Shown piece after piece: positions 7,724 to 17,297 of a stretch of 29,540 nucleotides of DNA (position 1 is its first letter; every line of letters starts with the position of its first letter). The stretch spans positions 1 through 29,540 of IMG/VR virus record IMGVR_UViG_3300044300_001206; one strand, written 5' to 3'. The notes under the pieces were generated by a model. The model did not search any database and had not been told where the DNA came from. It saw nothing but the letters and a program-made list of their open reading frames with translations. A program made the translations under genes and the position numbers. The DNA comes from a virus (Duplodnaviria; Caudoviricetes).

Positions 7724-8884
7724 CTATACAGATCCGTCATCTTCAACGAAGCTGAATCCTGTAGTTACGAAATCTTTATTAAGGATCTCAAACCCAGCGT
7801 ACAACTGCCAAATCAAAATTATAAATCTTGAAAAGTCATCATTATTATTAATAAGAACTTGTGCATTTGGTCCACCAATTCCAACACCAATTGCTTGTGG
7901 TCCGAAGAAATAACCTTGTGCAACTTCTTTAGAAGCATAAGAACTATTATCGAATGTAGCAGTTATATTTTTTGTTGGGAAGTTAGTAGATTCAAAGAAC
8001 TTAACACCTTCAAACTGTACGCCTGTTGGCATTACAGGTTCGCCAGCTAGGAAATAAGCTTGTCCAGCTTGAGGTCCCTGATAGAAGCTAGCGTTGTTAG
8101 GAATCATGGGGTTGCCCATGTACATTCCTTGTCCAGGAGCACCGGAGTAACGTGCGATTTCTCTGAAGTCAGAGTCACGACGTAAGTGCATCATGAATGT
8201 TGGGTCGCATATGCAACGATATAAACCATCTGCATATGTAGGAACATTACGCTTACGTAAGTCCTTAACAACAGTTAAGAGGTCAGTTTTAACTGAGAAC
8301 TGTTGAATCTGGTTGCCATACTCTGTAGTTGTATAAGCAATTCTTCCAGTTGAGTCTTTTGTCTTACCACCAGCAAAGTAGTAACCACCTTGACTAGTAG
8401 ATGCAGCACCATTAGCTTCTGCTTTAGAAAGCTCGTCAATAAAGACACGGTCACGCCATCTTCTGTAGTCATCAAGCAAGGTAAGTGAACCTATGCTCTG
8501 ATGGAACATATTAAGGTTCCCTGTGTCAAGTAGTAGACGTTGTGCTGTTACAAGAGTCTCTCTTGCAATCTTGAAAGTACTTGACTGAGTAGCATCACCA
8601 GGATCTGCAGGACCTGTGTATTCTTTAAGTACAACAAGTACCTTTTCCTTTGTGATGTTACGGCTGTTAGCAGTACCGATAGTCTGATCAGCTACACGCT
8701 CACGACTATCCTTTGTACCAGGGGTTCCCCAGAACTTATATCTATCCAACTGAACGGTTTGTCCAGGTTGGCGTGTAAAGTCATGTACCACTACTGGCTC
8801 ACAAGCCATCTCCGCTATATAAGCTGGATGGGGTCTATAGAGCTCGGCTCCCAAAATTTTTGGGAAATCATTATCAATGAACAC
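7724..8884 (-). CDS. Major capsid protein (probably HK97 fold; reminiscent of N4-gp56-like MCPs)
   Basis: 386 aa; GQTVQLDRY E-loop-like segment, GVQFEGVKFFESTN and GYFFGPQAIG motifs typical of MCP C-terminal halves; strong GGAGG RBS with GTG start; follows portal and scaffold. Confidence 0.8.
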   Translation of the reverse strand: MFIDNDFPKILGAELYRPHPAYIAEMACEPVVVHDFTRQPGQTVQLDRYKFWGTPGTKDSRERVADQTIGTANSRNITKEKVLVVLKEYTGPADPGDATQSSTFKIARETLVTAQRLLLDTGNLNMFHQSIGSLTLLDDYRRWRDRVFIDELSKAEANGAASTSQGGYYFAGGKTKDSTGRIAYTTTEYGNQIQQFSVKTDLLTVVKDLRKRNVPTYADGLYRCICDPTFMMHLRRDSDFREIARYSGAPGQGMYMGNPMIPNNASFYQGPQAGQAYFLAGEPVMPTGVQFEGVKFFESTNFPTKNITATFDNSSYASKEVAQGYFFGPQAIGVGIGGPNAQVLINNNDDFSRFIILIWQLYAGFEILNKDFVTTGFSFVEDDGSV

Positions 8885-8958
8885 TTTGTTTTATCCTCCA
8901 GGGGCGCAAAGAAAATATCGGATGAAAGAATGAGACAATTTAGTCTTATCTACATAAA

Positions 8959-8967
8959 ATTTTAACA
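8959..8967 (-). promoter_or_regulatory. Extended -10 promoter candidate for the MCP gene (TGTTAAAAT)
   Basis: In the intergenic gap, 74 nt upstream of the GTG. Confidence 0.55.
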
Positions 8968-8991
8968 GCGTCTAATTTTCCTTAAATATTA

Positions 8992-9639
8992 TTAAGAATA
9001 TTGAGCTGTCGAGGCTTTATAACGAGCCCCAGGCGAATTACTAGAACCATAAGATTCTGGATCAATTCCCGTAAAGCCAGGTACACCTAAAGCACCTGGA
9101 ATAGCACCAGCGGCTACACCGCCAAGACCTGCTGTTAATGCACTAGCAGGAACTAAACCTGCTGCAGCTGCATATTTTGTCCCACTTAAGAAGTTAGGGT
9201 TTGTACCCATAGTGGCTGCTTGAGTTAACATCTCTGCTAAATCTTCTGCCCTATTAGCTCTAAAACTCCTATCTCCTCGAAGAACTGATTTTTTTGAAGG
9301 TCCTCTACCACTTTTTGCATAGTGATAAGGATCTCTCGGTTCAGCTACGGTATAACCACTTGCATCTCTAGTAATGCCTTTTTTAGCATTAAGATTATCA
9401 GCGTAAGTAGTAAGCCTATCTACTGCTCCTTGTGCTTTTGGACCTGCAAATAAACCTGCAAATCTACCAGCAAGTTCTGGAGCAGCAGCACGAGCACCTT
9501 TTAAACCAGCGTACGCACCTAAGCCACCAGCAATACCAGCTAGACCTGTTGAGCCTAAATCCTCATCTTGAGAAGCAGCATAACCTGCAGTGCCGATACC
9601 GACAGATGTAGGTATGCCGTATTTAATAGCTCCTCTCAT
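8992..9639 (-). CDS. Gly/Ala-rich protein with glycine-zipper segments
   Basis: 215 aa; GLAGIAGGLGAYAG and AGLGGVAAGAIPGALG. Confidence 0.7.
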   Translation of the reverse strand: MRGAIKYGIPTSVGIGTAGYAASQDEDLGSTGLAGIAGGLGAYAGLKGARAAAPELAGRFAGLFAGPKAQGAVDRLTTYADNLNAKKGITRDASGYTVAEPRDPYHYAKSGRGPSKKSVLRGDRSFRANRAEDLAEMLTQAATMGTNPNFLSGTKYAAAAGLVPASALTAGLGGVAAGAIPGALGVPGFTGIDPESYGSSNSPGARYKASTAQYS

Positions 9640-9643
9640 AGGT

Positions 9644-10675
9644 CTACTCCATTACAAACAATTTATTAGCAACTGTTTGTGGCTGAGCTTGGTTCAACAT
9701 TCTCCATGCATTTCCTGGGTCACGAGACATTTGCTCGTTGAATGTACCCCAGAAATTCTCAGGCTGTTGTGGTGGAGCAGCTTGAGGAGGTGCAGGGAAG
9801 TTCTGACCAGCTGTAGCTAAAGCGTTAGGAGTTTGAGGCTGCCCTTCAACTGCAGGCTGTTGGCCTACTGGAGCTGTTGGATATCCTTTAGTTTCTAACT
9901 GTTGCTCATTTTCATAAACAGGGTATGGACCTTCTGGACCAAAGAACTTCAATGTATAGTCACTAAGCACATCTGGGTTAGTAAGTATCTCGTTATAAGC
10001 AAGATTCTCTTGATGCTCTTGTACAGAAAAATCAGCGTATCCTTTAATTACTTCTTGTGCTCTATTTCCCCACGTTACGGCGTTGTCCAGCATTCCTTCT
10101 AGATTTACCGCGTACTGGTTTAGTACCGCTGGTGCCTCTATCCCGAACGCGTCCATCACCTGACGGCTTTCGTTGCTCATTCCTACCTGGTTCTGGACTG
10201 CGTCCAGCTGAGCCGAGGAGAGATTCGAAGAGGTTTGGGAAGAGCTGTCCGAGTATGTCTGGCTGGCTGGCGAGATCTGCGGAGCCGATTGTGGCATAGT
10301 TGGGGCGCTCACCTGACCGTAGTTGGCCTGGGTATACTGAGGAGCCGCCGTCTGAGATTGTTGACCCTGGAACGGGGATTGGACTGGAGTGCTCAGTAGT
10401 CCTACCACCTTGTTGAACGCCGATTCCCATGGACCGTCCTGCTGAGGAGCCGCCGGTTGGGATTGGGGGGCGTACTGAGTAGGGGCGGATTGGAAGCTGG
10501 GGGTTCCCTGTGGTACTGCTTGTGGGAAGCTGGTACCCACTTGATATTGACCCGGTGTCTGTGGAGCCGCCTGTGGAGCTGCTGCTGGAGCTGCCGCCAC
10601 GTAACTGCTCGGAGCCACTGTCGCTGTTGGTGCTTGGCTCGTCTGTTGGGTCGATTGGTCTGTAGCGACCTGCAT
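9644..10675 (-). CDS. Putative capsid scaffolding protein
   Basis: 343 aa, Q/P/A-rich disordered regions with a helical core; RBS AAGGAG 7 nt before the ATG; lies between portal and MCP. Confidence 0.6.
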   Translation of the reverse strand: MQVATDQSTQQTSQAPTATVAPSSYVAAAPAAAPQAAPQTPGQYQVGTSFPQAVPQGTPSFQSAPTQYAPQSQPAAPQQDGPWESAFNKVVGLLSTPVQSPFQGQQSQTAAPQYTQANYGQVSAPTMPQSAPQISPASQTYSDSSSQTSSNLSSAQLDAVQNQVGMSNESRQVMDAFGIEAPAVLNQYAVNLEGMLDNAVTWGNRAQEVIKGYADFSVQEHQENLAYNEILTNPDVLSDYTLKFFGPEGPYPVYENEQQLETKGYPTAPVGQQPAVEGQPQTPNALATAGQNFPAPPQAAPPQQPENFWGTFNEQMSRDPGNAWRMLNQAQPQTVANKLFVME

Positions 10676-12422
10676 AACTCATCTCCTTTTGTAACGCCTC
10701 GAGTGTTCGATACAGATATGGTGTCAGATCTAGGCGTGGATCTGCTGCCATAGGTAAGTCGGGTGACTGAGGATGAGGAGTCTGCATCATTCCCCCCACG
10801 AGTCTTGCAAATTGAGAGTATGCACCCTGCAATTCATTAACCATTCTGAATGGGAAGCCCGATAACATGGCAGCCCTTTCTTCATCCGTTTTCGACGGAA
10901 AGAGATACTTCAGTGCTTCTATGCTATCTACCCCTAATTCTTGTAGGTTTCTTACAACAATTGAGTTATTCAAAGTATCCTGAGTTGAGTCTTCATATAC
11001 TGGTCCGAGCCATCTCCACTGAATTGTTACATCTCCGTCTGGTATTAGACCTGTAACACCTGGTGGAATTTGCTGAGATTGCAGACATGCCATCATTAGT
11101 TGCTTAACTTGCTCTTCGTAATATCCCATTGCTTCTGTATAAAGCTTTGTCTCTTCAGGGGATGGATTAGCAGGAAGATCAATTGGTTTTTCTAAACCTA
11201 CTGCTCGTGCAAGACTCTCTTTAAATAGATTTTCTTCTTGGAAAATTATTAGTTCTAAACAACGACAAAGACCATATGTGTAAAGTGAAGTAGCTTTCTT
11301 CTTAGAAGTAGCAGCAACTCGGCCAAATAATGACTTATATTCAGTAGCAGTTACACCTGCAGATATAGATAGTTCATCTACTCCACCAAGCGCAGTTCTT
11401 ATTTCTTCTCTGTATTGACGAGAAAAAGAGTTCTGATCTCCAGTAATAGCATCAGGAACTATATAACCAACACGATCATTTGGTTCTAAGTTTGCAATAA
11501 CTCTAGGTACTCTTATCTGTCCATCAATACCACGGGATAATGGATCAGCTTTATATCGAGAACCACTTAAAGGACCTAATCCTGTAAATCCTGAATTAGA
11601 TGCAATAGAAGGACGTTGTACTTGGGCTTCTCCAGATTCCATTAAATCTGTCTTAGGACGAGAAGATAATAATGTTGGATTACCAAAGAAGGTTACGTTC
11701 TTCCTCATGGTGCGGATCATTTCATCATGAGTACATATATGGTTAGCTAGTGCATCAAACTCACCTGATCCTTCGGCAGAAAACCCTTTTGCGTTATTGA
11801 ATATCTCAACACAAGGTATAAAACCTAATGTATTAGTAAACGTCTTAGTTTTACCAGGTACACTATGATGCTGATTTTCAAAAGAAATTTCACCTTCTGA
11901 ATGAGTTTCTTCAATTGTTTTACGCTTAATAGAAAGTCTTATATATTTCTTAGTTCCTTGTTGAACACCATTTGTTGAACCTGTTAAATTCTGAGTAGCA
12001 ATATCCTGTTGATAACCTAAACCTTGACGAACTTTATAGCTATAGATAATTACAACTTCATCCAGCTGGCCATCAAGATTGTAATAGCTACGATATTCGT
12101 GCTTACGAAAATAATATAGTCTGTAATTTGTAGAGGTTGGTCGAATGTAAAAAATGCCTTGTCCATCACAAAGAAAGTAATCCCATATGGAATCAAGTCT
12201 AGTATCTAATTGATTATATTTAATTACTCTGTCTATAAAATCTTTACGTTGATTACCAAAATTATCTTGAGCAGGAAAAAATTCAACACCTTGTCTAATA
12301 CCGAATAGCTTCATCTGGGCTAAATGAGAAGCTACAATTCCTGTATCGATTCCACCTCCACCATCTCTTTCAAGATAAGAATCGATAATTTCCTTTAAAC
12401 GTGATTTAGCGTCACTAGCCAT
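10062..12422 (-). CDS. Putative portal protein with about 200-aa disordered C-terminal extension
   Basis: 786 aa; NTLGFIPCVEIFN...EGSGEFD and SAGVTATEYK motifs resemble SPP1-like portals; position between TerL and MCP. Confidence 0.75.
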   Translation of the reverse strand: MASDAKSRLKEIIDSYLERDGGGGIDTGIVASHLAQMKLFGIRQGVEFFPAQDNFGNQRKDFIDRVIKYNQLDTRLDSIWDYFLCDGQGIFYIRPTSTNYRLYYFRKHEYRSYYNLDGQLDEVVIIYSYKVRQGLGYQQDIATQNLTGSTNGVQQGTKKYIRLSIKRKTIEETHSEGEISFENQHHSVPGKTKTFTNTLGFIPCVEIFNNAKGFSAEGSGEFDALANHICTHDEMIRTMRKNVTFFGNPTLLSSRPKTDLMESGEAQVQRPSIASNSGFTGLGPLSGSRYKADPLSRGIDGQIRVPRVIANLEPNDRVGYIVPDAITGDQNSFSRQYREEIRTALGGVDELSISAGVTATEYKSLFGRVAATSKKKATSLYTYGLCRCLELIIFQEENLFKESLARAVGLEKPIDLPANPSPEETKLYTEAMGYYEEQVKQLMMACLQSQQIPPGVTGLIPDGDVTIQWRWLGPVYEDSTQDTLNNSIVVRNLQELGVDSIEALKYLFPSKTDEERAAMLSGFPFRMVNELQGAYSQFARLVGGMMQTPHPQSPDLPMAADPRLDLTPYLYRTLEALQKEMSYAGRYRPIDPTDEPSTNSDSGSEQLRGGSSSSSSTGGSTDTGSISSGYQLPTSSTTGNPQLPIRPYSVRPPIPTGGSSAGRSMGIGVQQGGRTTEHSSPIPVPGSTISDGGSSVYPGQLRSGERPNYATIGSADLASQPDILGQLFPNLFESLLGSAGRSPEPGRNEQRKPSGDGRVRDRGTSGTKPVRGKSRRNAGQRRNVGK

Positions 12423-12499
12423 TATTCTTTGCTACGTTTATCTTTATACATCTTAGCAGCTTTTGTTGCTTGAGTATATTTGGAGTTGCTTTCTGCCAT
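12422..12499 (-). CDS. 25-aa basic microprotein
   Basis: Not in the track. MAESNSKYTQATKAAKMYKDKRSKE; abuts the upstream stop, and its TAA overlaps the portal ATG. Confidence 0.5.
   Translation of the reverse strand: MAESNSKYTQATKAAKMYKDKRSKE
12450..12458 (-). promoter_or_regulatory. Extended -10 promoter candidate for portal (TGCTAAGAT)
   Basis: 27 nt upstream of the portal ATG. Confidence 0.45.
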
Positions 12500-12619
12500 T
12501 TACTTTTTGCTTTTGTTTTTTTTATGTAAGAAGAGCCAATTTTTAAAAAATAATATTTCTTCTTGAGTAAATAATTTTGGATTTTTAACTGCTTTTTTTA
12601 CAAGCTTTTTTAATTTCAT
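12500..12619 (-). CDS. 39-aa Lys-rich microprotein
   Basis: Not in the track. MKLKKLVKKAVKNPKLFTQEEILFFKNWLFLHKKNKSKK; ATGA-coupled; resembles small cyanophage hypotheticals with a KxPxxxTxxE core. Confidence 0.6.
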   Translation of the reverse strand: MKLKKLVKKAVKNPKLFTQEEILFFKNWLFLHKKNKSKK

Positions 12620-13218
12620 CCGTAATAAGGTAAAGGAACTGCAAAAGATCCTCCTTTATAAGTACCTATAGGAGCTCCAACTGCTCCTCCTGTATAGGGA
12701 CCTGTACTTATTTGAGGAATTTCTTGTTTAAATCCAGGTGTCATAAACTGTCCTGCTACTTGAGGAATTCCTTGTTTGCCTAAATAACCGTTATTATACA
12801 TTCCGTTACCAGGGTCAGATCCTGCGCTAGATATAGGCATCCCAGTTAAATAATCTACTATTTTTCTAGGATCATTACCTATACCTGGAAAAGAATTTAA
12901 TTCAGGAGCAGGAACAGTTTTATAACCAACTCCAATACTTTTTAAAGGACCAGTTATTTTATTAGCTCCCAATTGACTTTGAAGTACTCCATTTATAGCA
13001 TCTATTTCTTCATCTGTTGGTGCTGTACCTGGTATAGGATTCATACCTGGATCTCTTAACTCATTATGCTGTCTTGGATCATGATGTTGATCTGTCCAGT
13101 ATCTAGGAATACCATCAATAATTTCTATTGGTTCATGGATACGATGTGCTAAAGCATTTGCCATTGACCCGTTACCTGGTCCAAGAATATCATTTGATGC
13201 TCCGCCTGAATATCTCAT
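12616..13218 (-). CDS. Gly/Pro-rich hypothetical protein
   Basis: 200-aa ORF within the operon. Confidence 0.65.
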   Translation of the reverse strand: MRYSGGASNDILGPGNGSMANALAHRIHEPIEIIDGIPRYWTDQHHDPRQHNELRDPGMNPIPGTAPTDEEIDAINGVLQSQLGANKITGPLKSIGVGYKTVPAPELNSFPGIGNDPRKIVDYLTGMPISSAGSDPGNGMYNNGYLGKQGIPQVAGQFMTPGFKQEIPQISTGPYTGGAVGAPIGTYKGGSFAVPLPYYG

Positions 13219-13243
13219 AGTTTTTATTAGTATTGTTTATATT

Positions 13244-13429
13244 CTACTCTTCGTTTATTTCATAAGTAAAAGGTTCATTTATTCGATTAATAGTTAAACC
13301 TAAACCTTTCATATTCCATTCAATTATATCTCCTTCTTTCCAACCTAAATCATCTTGGACTTCATCTGGTAAGTGTACAAATAGGTCGCCATTATTAGCT
13401 TGTTGCAACGCTATTGAATACTCTGTCAT
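13244..13429 (-). CDS. AbrB/MazE/SpoVT-like DNA-binding protein
   Basis: GDLFVHLPDEVQDDLGWKEGDIIEW is the swapped-hairpin signature. Confidence 0.75.
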   Translation of the reverse strand: MTEYSIALQQANNGDLFVHLPDEVQDDLGWKEGDIIEWNMKGLGLTINRINEPFTYEINEE

Positions 13430-13719
13430 TTTTCTATTAGCTTTTCCATTAGCTTATCAAGCTTATTATGAATTGCTCTAAAGTGATCATTCATATCTTG
13501 CAATTCCCGAACAAAATCTACTTTTAAGACATACTCTAAAGGCATTCTATTTACATGTTCTTCCAGTGCATTTATACGCATACGTTGATTTTCTAGGTTT
13601 TGAATAGAGTCTTTCAGTCGTTCTTTATGACGTTCTAAAACTTTACTTGCAATCCAACCTCCTCCTGTTACAGAAGAGATAACAGCTGTTAACGCAAGTG
13701 TCAGAAAATCTGGTCCCAC
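13426..13719 (-). CDS. N-terminal TM plus coiled-coil protein (possible lysis-related membrane protein)
   Basis: 97 aa; hydrophobic N-terminus, heptad repeats, YVLKVDF...KLDKL; GTG start with AAGGA RBS. Confidence 0.5.
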   Translation of the reverse strand: MGPDFLTLALTAVISSVTGGGWIASKVLERHKERLKDSIQNLENQRMRINALEEHVNRMPLEYVLKVDFVRELQDMNDHFRAIHNKLDKLMEKLIEK

Positions 13720-13746
13720 TGTTTTATCCTTTTTCTATATTCTAAA

Positions 13747-15078
13747 TCACTTAGGCATCGCAATATTCCTAAGTACCCCAGGTAAACCTCTTACACGGGT
13801 AATTGGTATCTCCTCTCTACCTCCTATTTCCGTAAGCCAAGGTGCTATTGAATTCACGATAGGACTTACGATATTGTTGGTTAGCAAAACTTTTCTAAAA
13901 GGTACATTTTGTAAAGGAGCATCAACAGTTCTTCTAGGTTCTATATTATGTTTGCTTGGATCATATCCATATTGTCTAAGACTCGCTTCTAAATCTGTAT
14001 CTCCCCCACGTATTTTCCTAGCTAACGGGTCCATAACTCCGTGTTCAAACATATCCATACCATGATCAGCCATTTCATTTAAAAGATATCCTGGAATAAC
14101 ACTTGCTGCTCCTGTTGCTAATGGAGCTGCTACATATGAACCTCTCATTAATAATTGGTTCTTAAGACTCCAAGGAGTACCAGCAACTTTTGCAATCTTT
14201 CTACCAAACTGATCAGCCCTATATTCTGTTCCTAGTGTATTTCTCCATTCAGGACTAAGTATTTCACCTGCAGCTCCTTCAAGCATTTGCATAGGTAAAC
14301 TTTGATTCGGGTTAAGTGCTCCTATAGCAGAAACTAAAATTTGAGTAGGACTTCCGCCTTTAAATTTTTTATTGAGTTCTCCTGAACCTCTTGCATCTAA
14401 ACTCTTTTTTCCACTAGGTGTTGAGTAATCTAATGCATGTCCTAATTCATGTGCAGTAGTAGTTGCTCCATAAAGATAGTCTGCTGGAATAGATGGTTGA
14501 TTTGGATTAAAAGGAGAACGTAACAAACTTAAATTAGATTCAGTTGTTCCTATTGGACCAGAAATAACTAAACCTTTTTTATTTCCTTGATATAAAGGAT
14601 TTGACTCTTGTACAAAAGCAGAAAGTAAATAAGGATACTTTTTCTTTATAAGATTTAAATCTTCTTGAAAAACTTGCTCAGCAGTTCCTCCTAAACCGGA
14701 GACAAGACCACTCTTATCTGCTTTAAGTTTTTGGTAATAATCTAAAGGGGATTCTGGGAACTTCCTAGATAAATTAGCTACATCTCCTTCTCCATAAAGA
14801 GCTTCTGGATTATTAATATCTACAGGATTACCACCTAATTTTTTATAAGCATCTGCAACACGAACTGCTTGTTGTGTAGTAATTGGAACATCTGTATCTG
14901 CTAAGAAGTTATGAAAGGGTTGTAACTTTTCTGCTCCCTGTATTTGAAGTCTTCTTCCATATTTTGTAAGTCCTTCACTTATAGGCTCAAATAAACCCTC
15001 TAACTTTTTGTAATAACCTTTATCTTCCCATTTCCCTTTTAAACTGGGAAACATATTTTTAAGATCTTTTTTATCCAT
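13747..15078 (-). CDS. Putative zinc metallopeptidase (gluzincin, M48-like motif arrangement)
   Basis: TAHELGHALD (14437-14451) plus EYRAD (14212-14226) 70 aa downstream. Confidence 0.7.
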   Translation of the reverse strand: MDKKDLKNMFPSLKGKWEDKGYYKKLEGLFEPISEGLTKYGRRLQIQGAEKLQPFHNFLADTDVPITTQQAVRVADAYKKLGGNPVDINNPEALYGEGDVANLSRKFPESPLDYYQKLKADKSGLVSGLGGTAEQVFQEDLNLIKKKYPYLLSAFVQESNPLYQGNKKGLVISGPIGTTESNLSLLRSPFNPNQPSIPADYLYGATTTAHELGHALDYSTPSGKKSLDARGSGELNKKFKGGSPTQILVSAIGALNPNQSLPMQMLEGAAGEILSPEWRNTLGTEYRADQFGRKIAKVAGTPWSLKNQLLMRGSYVAAPLATGAASVIPGYLLNEMADHGMDMFEHGVMDPLARKIRGGDTDLEASLRQYGYDPSKHNIEPRRTVDAPLQNVPFRKVLLTNNIVSPIVNSIAPWLTEIGGREEIPITRVRGLPGVLRNIAMPK

Positions 15079-15084
15079 AACTAA

Positions 15085-15717
15085 TTAGAACATTCTCATT
15101 TGATTAAAAGGATGTCCTTGCATTTTTTGCTCAACGGAACGCAAATCTAAAGGAAAGTTAAACTTAATTAGTTTTCCAGAACCACCAGGATCTCTTATAA
15201 ATGTTGAATGTGGATTAGCAGTATTAGCACGAGCAAGTTTAATGGGAGGAGCTAAAGGATCTGTACCTTTAGGATTCATATAATCGTCATATTCTTTTTG
15301 ATACTTCTCTTGTAACTTGTCATAATCTTCCTTTGGAACATCACCTCTAGCAATAGCTTCATCTAATGTTCCAGCGGCAAGAGGTTGAGGAGAAATTAAA
15401 TCACCTACAATCAATCCAGGTAGTCCTCCAGCAAGTCGTCCCACTGGACTCAAGTTGGCTAATGCTCGTAGTGGTCTTTTAATTATTTCTCTACCTAATG
15501 GAGTTGGTCCTGACATAAAACCACCTTCACCTGCAGGAACCCCTGGACGAAATCCACGAGTTAAATCCCATCCTCCTTTAGATCCACCTTTACCAAACTT
15601 TCCTCTTTGCAACCAATCATCAGAAACTAATTCACCTAAACTAGCTTTAGCTTCATTAGGAATTCTTGTATTTAACCCACGGTTAAACCACTCCATGGCT
15701 TTGCCAGCTATATCCAT
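15085..15717 (-). CDS. Gly-rich hypothetical protein
   Basis: 210-aa ORF within the operon. Confidence 0.65.
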   Translation of the reverse strand: MDIAGKAMEWFNRGLNTRIPNEAKASLGELVSDDWLQRGKFGKGGSKGGWDLTRGFRPGVPAGEGGFMSGPTPLGREIIKRPLRALANLSPVGRLAGGLPGLIVGDLISPQPLAAGTLDEAIARGDVPKEDYDKLQEKYQKEYDDYMNPKGTDPLAPPIKLARANTANPHSTFIRDPGGSGKLIKFNFPLDLRSVEQKMQGHPFNQMRMF

Positions 15718-15738
15718 TAATCACTTACAATTTCTATA

Positions 15739-17265
15739 TTAAAAGTCTAACTGAAGGTTACCTTTCCTCATTAACCCTGTAACTAACCACACTAAAGCGT
15801 CTACACAATCATCATGACTACTAACACCAAAGTTAGTTAATTCTTCAAACATATTCGTAAAGTTTCTATAGCGGTTGAAGATAATTTTTCTATCTTCAAA
15901 CATACCCATAATTCCTCTAAATCTAGCTAACTTATCTGCTCTAAATCCTTTAACAGGATGCCAAACTAAATTATATAAATTCTCTCCTTGTAAACAAACT
16001 CGTTTAAAGTCAGCTTCTAATGAAGCCTGGTATTGAACTGCTTCTGACCAAATATCACATGTTGAATAAGTAGGGTAGTAGATACCGTTTTGATCTTGTC
16101 CTATAACAGACCAATCATTTAATAACTCTTTTAAAGCATCTAATTTTTCTAAATTACCCATTACTCGTATACGTCTGTAATCAATTATGTGTATACGGTC
16201 TTCAATTCTCCCTCCAAGAACCATAACTGTGTAGTCATTCTTTTCTCTAACACCTGCAGATAAGTCAACTCCTATTCCTAACGTATCAAATTCTGTTGTT
16301 ATTTCGGCTTTAACAATTAACTCTGGTGCTAGTGATAGTTCATTTTGACGAATAACTTTATTCATATACTGGAATGAAAAAGCAATAGGAGCTTGTCGTT
16401 TCTTTTCTTTTAAATACTCCAGTGACCACATATCAGGCCAATAGGATTTTTCTTCACCTGTTTCTTTATCATTATTAATTGCAGATAAGACTATTTGAGT
16501 CCAATTATTCTGATCGTTAAAAGTAGTTGAATGGATATCATCATGTCTGAACCTAGTTCCTAAACATATAGCTCTAGCTCCTTCAAACATAGTTGGTGCA
16601 ATAACAGCATTCCAATTGTCTTGCATCTGTTTTCTAATATCTGGGTTAGCTATATCAGCAGCAGATTTAATAGCGTCATCAATCATCACAAGATGAGAAC
16701 GCTTAGATGTAACAGAACCTTTTAATCCAGCAGCACATAAAGTAAATTGTTCTTCACCAGTAGTATCTATTCCTGCAAACTTATGATCAATAGACCAGTA
16801 CTCATTACTTGTAACATTCTTTAAAAGACGTACATGAGGAAAGACTTCTTGATATCTTTTACTTTCAATAATTCTTTTAATAGTTGCAGACTTAGATCGA
16901 GCAATATCAACAGTGTAAGAAAGATAGAGAATCTGTAATGGTAACTTAGCTTCTGTATGTATCCCAATAGCCCAAGCAGTAAGTAAACCTAAAACTGTAG
17001 ACTTAGCAGAACCACGAGGTGCTAAGAGATCTACATTTGGTCCAGCAATCTTAATTAAACAGCTACTATCTTCTCCAGTTATAAAATGTCTATGCCATTC
17101 TTTATGATGCTCAGCAGGAGGTTTATCAGCTACATACTCACAAAAATAAGCAAAATTATCTCTTGCTTTTTCCAGTAACTCTAAATTTTTAGGTTTCTTG
17201 ATTTGTTGCTTACGAGCAGCAGCCTTAGCATTACGTCTATATGCAAGATGGGTATAAGAAGGCAC
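15739..17265 (-). CDS. terL: Terminase large subunit
   Basis: Walker A APRGSAKST, Walker B LVMIDD, coupling motif LGTR, nuclease acidic motifs GVDLS, NDYT and HDDCVDA. Confidence 0.95.
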   Translation of the reverse strand: MPSYTHLAYRRNAKAAARKQQIKKPKNLELLEKARDNFAYFCEYVADKPPAEHHKEWHRHFITGEDSSCLIKIAGPNVDLLAPRGSAKSTVLGLLTAWAIGIHTEAKLPLQILYLSYTVDIARSKSATIKRIIESKRYQEVFPHVRLLKNVTSNEYWSIDHKFAGIDTTGEEQFTLCAAGLKGSVTSKRSHLVMIDDAIKSAADIANPDIRKQMQDNWNAVIAPTMFEGARAICLGTRFRHDDIHSTTFNDQNNWTQIVLSAINNDKETGEEKSYWPDMWSLEYLKEKKRQAPIAFSFQYMNKVIRQNELSLAPELIVKAEITTEFDTLGIGVDLSAGVREKNDYTVMVLGGRIEDRIHIIDYRRIRVMGNLEKLDALKELLNDWSVIGQDQNGIYYPTYSTCDIWSEAVQYQASLEADFKRVCLQGENLYNLVWHPVKGFRADKLARFRGIMGMFEDRKIIFNRYRNFTNMFEELTNFGVSSHDDCVDALVWLVTGLMRKGNLQLDF

Positions 17266-17297
17266 TAACTGTATTCAACGTACTATTAAATACTAAC

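Noticed and set aside
7687-7726. Frameshift or readthrough extension of the major capsid protein
   Set aside because: TAG is followed directly by TAA, no slippery run is visible, and the next gene has its own RBS.
15739-17265. Intein in the terminase
   Set aside because: The length is normal (508 aa) and no intein splice motifs are visible.
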